Source: Vicugna vicugna
Lineage: Eukaryota
Length of the DNA stretch: 64,000 bases
Assembly: GCA_013265495.1 (NCBI GenBank)
Contig: MU058824.1
Coordinates: 1,391,111 to 1,455,110 of the forward strand
Reading direction: 5' to 3'
Shown: positions 26,401 through 38,400 of the stretch, in pieces
Numbering within the stretch: position 1 is the first letter of the stretch
Layout: each line of letters begins with the position of its first letter
Notes under the pieces: model-generated
Seen by the model: only the letters and a program-made list of their open reading frames with translations
What the model was told of the DNA's origin: nothing
The model's database searches: none
Made by a program: the position numbers and the translations under genes

Positions 26401-29400
26401 AGTCAGAGGAAAGAATTAGGTGACTTGCAAGACCCTTTCCAACCCCAAGTCTATTAAAAGTATATATTTTTAAAAAGTTCACACAAGAAGGTAAGTGTGT
26501 TTAGAGGATGTGTGTACTACTGCCATCTTTCAATACCACTGGATTAACTGACAACATGGAGGAGAGGTCCATCAGGCTCTCAGAGCAAATCCACCATTCC
26601 CAGAGAGACAGCAGCTAAAGAATGAGTCCAAGTACAAGACGGGAATGCTTACCCTAAAGGAGAATTCGAGGTTTTCTCCGCCCCAAACTTCCATTCCTGT
26701 ATCGTAAGACCCCAGGTATTCAAAATATCTCTTACTCACGGCAAACAGCCCACCAGCCATGGTTGGAGACCTAGAAGCATGTGATATCCATATTTCAATG
26801 TAATCGGCAGGAAACCATCTTGTCACTTGAATTCCTTCCCAGCACAAGCCTTGAGCCCATTCACCCAGATAAGCACACCCGGAGCTCACACCCTGTGCCT
26901 GGTGCTAAGCTGGGCTGGACGTGCCTCTCGGCCTCTGCCCTGGGGAATCTCACAGACGTGTCAGCAGGCAAGCACAGAACTCTGTGGGATTACTAAGATC
27001 CACCCAGGCCCTGTGGGAACACAGGAGGCCACAGGGCAGGGGCAGGGCTAAGTTTCTTGGAGGAGGCATGGTGTGCAGAACAAAGGGGAGTTAGCCCAGA
27101 AAAGGAATGGAATGTTCCTTCAAGAAGACAGGAGCAAGAGCAAAGGCCTAAGGGTGAGGGAAACCCTTGTACTCCCAGAAGCATAGGCAGTAAGGAGAGA
27201 GGAGCAGAGAGAGACCATGTTCCCAGAGAGAACGGCAGGCGCAGGCTGTGGCGGCCTTGGTCACGCAGTCACTGTACAGCACTCACAGGTGCTCCAGAGT
27301 CCAGGAGAAGCAACCCTGGCATCTTAAAGCTCCCCAAGGTTCTGAGCCTCTCCTGCTCAGGTGGTCTCCCCTCCAGGACCCACAAGGCCAGTTCTGGCCT
27401 CTGTCAGCCCCATTTTCTCCCTACCTGGTTCATCTAGAAATGAACACTGGTTTCAAAAATGACCGCAGGCTTCTATCCTACCCCAGCAGAAAGCTGTAGC
27501 ATCAACATACCAGAGATGCAGATACAAAGGAATCAATTCAGAGATGGGGAAATATATAACATGGAAAGCCTAACAGTTTAAAAAATTTTAAGGCCCTCCA
27601 GCAGTCCTTCTGGGCCTTGACAGAATATCGGCTTTCCCTGCATCCAAGCTCTGGGCCAATGAGAACAGGAAACCAACACTGTGGAAGGAAAGGTTCTAGA
27701 CTACAAAGCACTTTCACATGTGTTCATCCTAAAAATCTAGGAAATAGGGAGGGTGAATATGTTCATACCTATTTCACAGGTGAGAAAACTGAAGACCAGG
27801 GATATTACAGGAGGGGAAGGATAGTTGGCCATAATGTCCCTGAGTGTGTGTGTGTGCAGACAGGGACAGTTCACTTCAACATCACAGGCTGCATATGTGA
27901 CCCTGGATATGATCTTTCCTACTTGGTGCCTCAGTTTCCAACCTGTTCAGTGGGGGGTTGGGCAGGATGCTCCCTCCCCCACCTCAGGGCTCCTCCAAAA
28001 GCCTATGGATCATCCTTGAGTCCTCCTTCCCCCATTCCCATTTAATTCCTCCCAATTCTCCACCTTAACATCTCTGGAGTCCACCATGTCCCTCCATCTC
28101 CTGAACCATCATTTCTGACCTAAAAGACTGCAGCACTCCCAGTGGCAGGGCTGCAGGCCCCCACCATGTGCATCCAGCACAACCTTCAAATAATGCAACA
28201 AGCTAAGGGCACTTCCAGCTCAAATCCTTTCAGTGGCTTCTAACTACTCAGGGTAAAGTCCAAATCCCCTTCCTTGGCCTTCAAGGCTGGATATGACTTA
28301 GCCCTGTTCATCTCTCCAGCCCCATCTCTCAACACTGTCTCCATACTCAATACACTCCAGCCAGCAGTGGGCCATCTCAAGGTCTGAATTCAGGTGAAGA
28401 ATTCAGAAGCCCAACTGCCAAGTGTGGGTGCAGATCTATGACACCATCTTTGGGTCAATACCCCAGCAAAAAAGCTGAAGTCCATCCTCCACCTTCCTGA
28501 CTCCTACATCTGCCTCCTATTTGGTCCTGAACTTGGATGAGAAAGAAGCAGCCAGACTGTTACTTCAACACTTCAAGAATGAGGGCAACTGAGCCCTCCT
28601 TGAGGCCATTCTACTCAGACCCAGGCTCACCTACTGGCCAAAGCTGGCCCCTGAACCCCCAGGTCCACTCACCCCCAGTTCAAAAAGGACCTGACAGTGT
28701 GTCCTCAGAGTATTAAACATGGAATTTCCATAGCAATTCCACTCCTAGATATATATTCCAGAGAACTGAAAACAGAGACTTAAAAAGACAACAGTAGCAT
28801 CATTTACAATAATCAAAAAGTGGAAATAACACAAGTGTCTATCAACAGATGAATGGATAAATAAAGTGTGGACATATACACAATGGAATACTATGCAGCC
28901 ATAAAAAGGAATGGAGTTCTGGAAGGACCTTGAAAATACTGTGTTAAGGAAAAGAAGCCAGACACAAAAGGACAAATATGTGATTAAGCTTATATGAGGT
29001 ATCTAGAATAGGGAAATCCATAGAGACAGAAACTAGAAGAGAGTTTTCCAGGGGTTAGAGGAGGGCAGGAAACGGAGTGATTGCTTAATGGTTATATAGA
29101 GTCTCTGCATAGGTTGGTGAAACAGTTCCGGAAATATGTAAAGGTGGTGGTTGTACAATATTGTGAATGTGCTTGATGCCAGTGACTTGTGCATTTAAAA
29201 AATAGTTAAAATGGTAAATTTTATGTTACATAAAACAGCTAACCATCCCTCCCAAGGGCCTTCATCAATAAGTTGGCTAGGTGCAATGAGGCACGCTCAG
29301 AGAAGTAGACCCCTGACCTGATGACATCGATGGGGGACCGCATGTGAATCCTCTCCCTCTTGGGAACCACGTGCCACGTGAACACCAGCCTCCAGTCGAA

Positions 29401-32400
29401 ACCACCGATCTGCGGCTCCCCAGGGTTCCCCAGGTACTCGAAGGTGTTCCAGTCGATAACATCAATCACAGGGCACACCACTGCCGACTCCTTTTCATGG
29501 ATCCTGGAAACATCCAGAAGCCCCCGTTACTCCACTGTGTACAGGCAGTAGGAGGACAATTAGGAAACCTGGGAGTGAACGCTCCTCAGCCTTCCACTAG
29601 GAAGGAGGAACACCTGTGTGAGAAGGGCCTGATTCTCTTATTCCAGATGTCCACAGCAAAGTCTGAGCCCTGGCAGGTGGGTGTCAGGGAGGATGCCAGG
29701 GCAGGGAGGGGGAGGCAGGCAGCAAGGATTCTGGCCTTGATATGGAAAATTCCACAGCTTTAATATTCTGAGGCCATCTAGGGATATTCTGGCTAAACTT
29801 GAATTCCTCTATCAAAGTCAACACATGTAAAAATCAAAGGTAACTTTTAAAACAGAAAGCAGATTTTTCAGTTTTCAAGATTGGAAGAGATTTCTTCATG
29901 TAATCACAATGAAACATCGTAAAGTCAAGAAATAATTATCTCCCTAGGAACAAAGATGCACCCAGACCAAAGAGTTTGGATTAGAAGATACTTTGGAGTT
30001 AGAAGATAAATTCTACTCCTGTCCCTTATTCGCTGTGTGATGTTAGTCAGGTTACCGAACCTCTCAGAGCCAGTTGCATGGTGGGCAACACTGGAACAGT
30101 AATACCTACTCACGAGGTTAATGTGGACTCCCAGAGGGAATGTTTGCAAGAGGCTGCTGGAGAACCTGGAACTACTGCTATTCTTTTCTTTTAATCTTTA
30201 TTATTATGAATGTTATACATAGTGGAAAATGCGATGATTTCCTGCTGCAGGCATCAGCCTGTGGGTATGCTTCAGCGATTCTCTCCACAATTACTCTTAC
30301 AAGCCCAACCATCCTTCAGCATGTTTCCAGACTGTGTTTCTTTGCATTTGATGGCACACCAGGAAACATGAACTGAGACTAGATCATGTGTGAACACTAG
30401 ATTTCTCTGGGTTACATCTTGGGGGCAGTTCTCTAGAATTTGAGACCTATAAATTATAAACTTTGAACTTAACAGTCATGCTGGAACTATGCGTAGCCTA
30501 ATTTTTACAAGAAAAGGAAAACAGAGTCGGGGGGTAGGTAGCTAGCACTAGCCTCAGGATGCTAAATCATGGTTAGAGAATGTGCGGGCCCAGCATCAGC
30601 TGTTACTGGGTAGAGCTTCTGGCAACTCATTAGCCAGGGACCAGGATGCCAAACATCCTACAGTGTGCAGTGCGGCCCTACACAGCAAAGAATGGTTCTG
30701 CCCCAAATATCAGTAGTGGCTCATAAAATACCAGGAGTGCTACCTAGCTGATGTGACAACCAACATCTTCCATATCCAAAGCCCCTGGAGGGAAGGGGTT
30801 ACTCTGCCTGGTTAGGACTATATGAGGGACAGTCTATCATCCCAGTGTGGCTCAACTCTGATGCACACCCAAGTCCCTGGGGAGCTTCTGAAACTCCAAA
30901 AACCCAGGCCCCACCCCAGAGATTCAGATCCAAATAATCTGCTGTGGGACCACAGGTTTTGAAAGTTCCCCTTTTGTCTCTAATGAGCAACCAGGAGAGA
31001 ATCCTTTTGTCTCCAGGTATGGAGAAAGGATGTGATTATGAGGAGTGTTGCCTTGCTCTCTTCAAAGGGTGCATTGGGCTGGAGTGGAGGTGAATTCTAG
31101 GAGGCATTAATGAATCAGCTGAAGGGGAAAAGTGCCCTCACCATGACTTCAGAGAGGCCTAGAGGCAGCCCTCTGCATGCACAGTGGGGCGAGGGGCAGG
31201 GCAAACCCACTAGTCCAAGTTCCAGAGGGAGCACCCAGCTGTCACTATGTTCTAAATCATCTCAGACTCTACCACTGGCCTGAGAAACCCTGAGTCCTTG
31301 CTGCTGGTGAAGCTCATCAGAGCAGAGGGGAGAGAAAGATGCAGTGAAGCACCAGGACAGCAGGAAGTGGCAGAACAGAACTTGGTCTCATGAAGGAAGG
31401 GAGGCGAGGGGGTCCCAGCTCTTCCAGACAGACCCAGGCAACCAAGTGGTGGAAGCCAAGGGAAAGAAGTTTGCACAGACCTTGATCCTCCAGCCCTTCA
31501 CCCGCTCCACATGGGGATACCACAGACCCCCCAGACCTTCCTCCTCATCCAGGAAGAGCTCTGGGCTTGCCAGCCCAGCTCCTGATGCAGAATCAGGAGA
31601 ATGGGGAGGGAGCGAGGGAGAAAAAGAGGACAAAAGTCAGCCAGTGACAGTGGTTCTGGGGAGGGCAGGGGGGAGGGTTAGCGTAAGAGGCTGTGGGAAG
31701 CAGGGGAAATGACCTTAAAGATACAGCAACATTATGACTTTCATGACTCCATAAAATATATATATATATAAAAACAATATTTTATGACTATATTGGTACA
31801 AAGACAAACATAATCCAGGCTTGATTAATTATTATATATTCACTATTATGATAGCAGCTTTTTCCCTTGTGATTTTAAAAGAAATGAACATAAAAACATT
31901 TTTTCTGGTTTCTTAAAGATCCCTGAGCCCTAGGCATTGTAGGTACTGGGTGTAATGGATAAGTCAGCCCTGCTTGAAGGAAATACATCAAAATGTAGAT
32001 TCTCTAGGAATGTGATTCTATATGATTGACAATATTTTTTTTCTTGGGTGATCATACTATCTAACTTTTCTACAATAAACCTATACAATAAGCAATATAA
32101 AAGCAAGTGTTCATCTGAGGTCTCCTGCATGCTGGCATGTTTTAAGCACTGGTGTCCATATATTAAATCATTTAATGGCCTCCACAGCCCCACGAGGTAG
32201 GGACTGCTAGCACGTCCAGGGACAGAGGCTTTGCCCAAGGGGCATCTGAGCCCAGCACCCCTGCCTCTCATGCCATGGTAATCAGTTTGTTTTCTGCTTC
32301 AGCACCCCTCCCCGCCCCCCCCCCGTGAACAACTCACGCACCTCTGCAGCAGTGGCTCCAGCCACCCCTCGTGGCACTCACAGTGGCAGTCCAGGAAGGT

Positions 32401-35400
32401 CAGCACGTCGCCCTTGGCCGCCGAAGCCCCCAGCAGCCGCGCTCGCACCAGGCCCTCCCTCTTGCTGGCGCGGATCAGGCGGACCTTGGGCAGCCTGGCC
32501 AGCTCGGTGGCCAGGCGCTCCTTCAGGTGCTCTGGGGAGGCAAGCGGGACAACGAGGGTCACCGCCACACATTCCCAGCCGTGTCCTTCCAGGGCCTCCC
32601 TGTCCCAAAAAGAAGACTAAATAGACACAGGCCTCCTTTGCTCTGCACCTGGGACTCACTGCACCCAGCTTGGAAGCTTAGGAGGCATGGGAGGCTGGGG
32701 TGGAAGATTCCAGAACCATCAAACGCTCCCCCTCAAAATACAGGCATACTGAATTGTACTCCTGAAATGGGTGAATGTGGCATGTGAATATATCTCAATT
32801 AAGCTATTATCCCCCCAAAAATAGCTTGACTTGTGAACGTTTAAATAACAAGCACCAGACCATCCAACTACAATTTTTCCGAAAAATTATGTCCATATAA
32901 ATTTTGTCAATTTATGTTAACTATGTAATACACCATAAAATTTTAATTTATGTGGACTTATGTCCACACTACTAATGTCCCCATTTTATAGATGAGAACA
33001 CTGAGGCCAGAAAGGCTAAATAATGTGCCAAGGTCCCAACATGAGTGAGCTGAGGAGTCATGATTCAAATCCAGGGAGTCTGGCTTGAGTCCATGGACTT
33101 AACCTTGCCTCCAGTGCTTTCTCCTACAGCTTCTCATCCTTGTTAAATAAATCCAAAATTTGTCAGGAGGACGTGCTTATCCCAATTTGCAGAAGAGGAG
33201 ATGAGCCCTTAAGAATTGAAAGGACATGCCCACAGCTAGGGCTGGCCCTAGACCTCCCAACTCCAGGACTGCAGGCCCTGATTCATATCCCTTGATGGGT
33301 CAGGTGGGGGCAGGTGGGAACCACACAGGCAAATAAACATGAGAGCATCTCCCCACATAAATACGAACTTTGTCTCAAAGTCCTCCTCAATCAGGGAAGG
33401 GGAAAAGTTTGTAAAATGTTCTATATTGCTTCGTTGTTTGTGAAATGTTTCCCTAAAGAGTCTTGATACTCAAACAGAAAATGTTCATTGGTTGATTTTT
33501 TTTTAACCCTAATTATAACTGCATATAAGCTGATGGCAGGAATAAGGGAGGTGACTTCCCCAGCAAAGCTAATTAGCATCAGTGCCCAGTGAAAACACAG
33601 GAAAATACTGGTGCAGCCTCCCAGCACTTATTATGGGTTGGGTGTGCATCAATTTTCTGTCTGCTTGAACTGACTTCCCCTATCCTAGAAGGGGGCGGCA
33701 CCTCCTCATCAACTCAGACTGACACTGTAGGAAGGGTAGGAAGAAGGGGCAGGCTGAGGAAGGCATCCTGCAGGCTTTACAAACTACTGCGATGGGGAGG
33801 GGAAGCCTTGGCCCCCACAGAGGCTCACATTTATGAGAGAACTGAACTGTGCTGGAAGGAGCTCATATGGTATTACTGCCTACTGAGGAGCTGTTTAATC
33901 CCATCAAGAGAAAATCATTTGATTTTTGCTTCTGAATGAGTACATGCTTCTGAAATGTTTTTGGCACTTTCCAGTTCTGCTCAAGGGGATGTGAGGGCAG
34001 CTTTCAGGTGCCGTTTTCCGCCCCCTGGAAACCCTTCTGCTGACAGGAGTGAGCAGGAGGTGAAGTTCAGCCTGGACCACGCAGACCGAGGCAGCACATC
34101 GTCTAGAGAAGGTGGAGACTCGGGGCAGAAGGAGCCAGGTCCTAACGCCATGGAGCCGCCACTCCTGCCCCTGACTATTACCCCAGCTTTGTGCTGCGAG
34201 AGAGAAATCAATTTTGATTTCATGGAAATTACTGTTATTTTGGGTCTCTGTGAGAACAGCCCAGCACACCCCCCAATTAGGAGAGTCAGACAGACCAGCC
34301 TCAGAGCCTGAAACAGCAAATACCCAATAAGCACTGGTTGCTACCCTGATGGGTGGCCCAGGGGCGGTGATTTGCTTTGAGACAGGCTCTGGCAACCAAG
34401 CCCATGGCTCTCCCTGTTGCTAGGGCCTTGACACCCTCTCAGTTAAGTTAGCTGCCCTCGCATCAGCTAGTCACCCAAGATTTACTGGCTCACTCCTGCT
34501 CCATCACACTGCCAACCCAGACAGCCAAAGCCGCAGGAGGCCCCCACCCCTCCCTGCTTCCATCCTCTCCCGCCCCCTCAACATGAGCCTCGCTCCACAG
34601 GGCAGTACAGAAAAGCCCCATGACTGAGCAACCTTCCTGCTCCCTCAACAGCCCTCAGGCGGCTCCCACCAGGCTCCTATTTAAGCCTAAACCCCTTATG
34701 TTGGCCTCCAAGGGCCCCCCTGATCTGGCCCTGCTGGCCCTGCAACCTTCCCCCCGGATCACTCCCACTGGCCGGTGGTCTGCCCCGGAGAACTGCCACT
34801 GGCCTAGCTTCTGCACCTGCTGCGCCCGGCCCAACCCCCTCCCCCAGATCATCAGGCTGACCCCTTCTCCACACCCAGCTTTCAGTTCTGTGTTTCCCCA
34901 GAGAGGCCTCTCGGACCCCCACCAGCTAGAGCAGGCTCGGTCCCCGGGCTCCACTCGCTTTCCTGCTCCCACCTGTCTTTCGGAGCACTGTCTACTTGTG
35001 CTGTAGGATAGCGCCATGTGACATCATGGTGTGCGGTTGTGTTGTGTTGTACTGTGTGACGTACATACTGTGTAATATTGTGTTGTGTTGTGTTAGGTGA
35101 TGTATATGTTATGTTACATTATGCTGTGTGGTATTAGGTGCTATATGTATCATATTCTTTGTATGTTTTTTGACCACCTCCAACCACCCCACTAGAATGT
35201 GAGTTGTATGAGAGCAGGGACTTGTCTTGTTTCCCACAGACTCCCCCATGCCCAGCACACACCCAAAGAACATTTACTGAATAATAAAGGGCCAGCCTTG
35301 GATTGCATATGAATTCCAAGATCTCAGGTCACTGGTCAGGTCTGCAGGGACACCGACCAGCCTCTCAGTGAAATGCCTCTCCCTGGCTTCAGTTCTCCCA

Positions 35401-38400
35401 TCTGGGCTGCCCAGATTTTTGATCTTATCTCAAATTCAACATGTTCAACGTCAAATACCCCCTTCCCCTCCCAGGCCTGTCCCTCCCGCCCTGTGTGGCT
35501 TTTCCAGCTCTGGGACAGCACCACCATTCACCCGAAGACCCGAGGGTCCTCCTCGCTCTTCAGCCAGCCTCCAGGCCTGCAGAGGCCACCTCCCAGACTT
35601 CCCTCCTCCCCCTTCCTCTCCCCTCCCACCTGACTCCAAGCCTCTATCTCTCACCTGGGCCACCTCCACAACCCCCAGGCTTCCCTGCAGAGCTTGCCAG
35701 TACCCTGTTCTCCACACTCCAGCCCAGAGGGATCCCCCAAAGGGCAAAAATGGTCTCCTGCTTGAAATCCTGCCTTGGTTCCCCCTGCCCTCGGGGCAGA
35801 GTCCCAAGCACTCAGCCTTGCGTTTAAGGCCTGCAGCCTCTCCACCTCCCTTCCCTCTCCTCTCCTGCTGCTCCCTGAAGCAGCTGGCCCTCCATCCTTC
35901 CTGAACTACTTGCAGTCTACACAATTCAAGCAGCACTGGCAGGCTTTCCATATTCTGTGCCCTCCACCAGAAGTGCTCTCCCTCCACATTCCTCCCTACC
36001 TGCAAACCACCCAACCTTCAAGACTAAGGTCAACTCCCCCTCCTGAGCACCCAGGCAGGGTGAGTCCCTCTTCTCCACTGTGTGGTTGAGCTCTCTGCCA
36101 TCACGACTGCATTCCCCAACCTGGCTCTCAGTTCCCGGAGGGCAGGGACTGGGCACAAGGGGACATAGGAAGCCTGTCCTTCCAGGCCTGTTTTGATGCC
36201 CCATGCCACACTCTCACCTCCTAGGCACTGCCACAGAAGGACAGGCTCCTCCAGGGGCCCACGACAGGGGCTTACCTCGATCGCTGTAGTCATCTACAAG
36301 GATAACTTCTTCTAGCAGGGTGTCTGGGGACGTCTCGAGAACACTGTAAACTGTCCGAAGGAGAGTTGACCAGGCTTCATTATAAAATGCTATGACGACA
36401 GATGTCGTGGGCAAATGATCATAATCATATTTCTTCTCTTTGCACCTGCAAATACAATACAGGAATCAAGACCCCACCCTTGCCTGTGTGCCAGGCCCAG
36501 GCTGGTGCTAGGGATGAAGCGATGAAGGGGACATAGGTCACAGTCTCGGGACCTCCCCTTGGGGAATGGCAAGTAATCTGCTGGGATCTTCCCGAGGCCC
36601 CCAGCACCGTGTTCCACCAGGACCCCAGTAGATTATAAAAAGGGTTCTAAAATGACACCAGCAAGCTTGAACTGCAGGATACTGGTTTTAAGCTCTAAAA
36701 TGATTTTCCGATTTGCACAACATACAACTAAGGAGAATCAGAAGGGAGGGAGACTGTTGCTTCTCCCCGCCCAGCAGCTCTCCCACCCATCCACTCCTTT
36801 CCAATCCCACTGCCAGGCCTTTGCTCAGACTGCATCCTCTGCCGGGAGTGCCCTTTCCGCCCTTCCCTGGTTGCACACTCTGTCCTCTTGACCCCACCTC
36901 CTCTGGGAAAGCCCGGGACCACCTGTGTGTGGCAGTGCTCGCTCCTCCTTGCCCCTCCAGCACCCTGCCCAGGCATCACTCTCAGTGCTCCAGAGCTCAC
37001 CATCCCCTGGGTCTCCCCCACCTTCTTCCAGCATCTTCCCTACCCTGCATCCCAGCAGTGCTTTTGTTTCCAGTCAGTGCACAGAATGCATAAACTGGAA
37101 CTGTGGGTAGGATGCATGAACATTCCAGGAAGGGCTCTGTAGAGGACACTGACTGCCCCCCAGCTCCCACACCACCCCGTTCCATTCTGTGGCAGCCTCA
37201 TCATGGTGAGGGGAGGGCTGAGCCCACCCATCTCTCTGGGATTAGGGTTTGACTGGCAGTGACACGAACCAATTAGCTTCTTCTTTCTTTAGTAGGGTTT
37301 TCTGTTACTTTGCACAGAAGGTTCACTGTTGACACAGAATTCTCTCCTCTGAGTGACACTCCTCCAGTGTCGTACCAGGGACTGGGCAGTTCCTAGAAAT
37401 GAGGACATAGCTGACAGCAAGACAGGGGAGGAACAGAAACCCACAAGGGATATCAGAGGGACCAGGGTTTGAATGCTGGGCTGGTTAAAGGCTAGACCAA
37501 GGGATGGACTAGAAATTTGAGAAGAAGATAAATGCTAAAGACCAGACAGGCTCCTAGGGCAGAAAGTAAAGTTCTTATAGATAAGCAGGATGGCTGATCA
37601 AAGAGATGGAGAGCCAAGCAGGGTGAGGCTAATGTCTGTTGACTGTCTACCATGTGCCAGGCACAGTGGGCCTGTGTCAGTTAGTCTACAAATACGTTCT
37701 GATTACCTACCATGTGCCAGACAGGCAAAGCCCCTGCTCCCACAGAGCTTACAATCCGGGGGAAAATAAGCAAGCAAGCAAACTATCAATAATTTCAGAA
37801 AGCTATGGTGCCAGGAAGAAAAGGAGAGTGCTGAAACAGAGACCAGCTACAGAGGGGAGGGGGAAACGGTAAACGGGCAACCACAGAACAGGCAATCAGG
37901 GAGCGCCTCTCCAGGAGGTGACATTTAAGATCAGACCTGACTAACGAGGGACTCAGTCCCACAGAAAGCAGAAGAAAAGCCCTTCGTGTACACAGCTCAT
38001 TTCTTTGTGTGCTTTTCCTTTTATTATAAAAAATTTCAAACATGAAAAAAAGTAGAGAGGACAGTATAAGAAACTCCTGTGTTCACCTAACTTCAATAAT
38101 CCTTAACACGTGATGGCTTGATTCGCCCATGTCCTCATCCATGCCCCATACCAGACTATTTTTAAGCAAAATCCAGCATATTGCAGCATCCATAAATATT
38201 CCAATATATATATATATCTCTAAGAGATAAAGATTCTTTTTCATAATGAACACAATATCATTGTAACACTTAAAAAAACAAGCAGTTCCTTAGTGCTATC
38301 TCATCTCCAGTCTACAAGTTTTCATCTAAGTTACCGGGAACCAATAAGAAAGACAACTGCTATCAATTGTAACTGTAGGATGCACTGATTTGAAGAGACA

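Noticed and set aside
12688..33939. Similar peptides from ORFs 12688-12906 and 33589-33939 (IYEWTELYWK...CLLRS vs [10 protein letters not shown]...CLLRS) suggesting a small gene family
   Set aside because: The similarity follows from the DNA duplication. Indels between the copies do not keep frame over most of the alignment, and I recognise no protein family. Treated as non-coding unless TBLASTX shows otherwise.
34620..37231. Dense stack of 60-190 aa ORFs around GALNT12 exon 2
   Set aside because: GC- and pyrimidine-rich decayed L2 and intron sequence; only 36276-36445 has coding homology and splice sites
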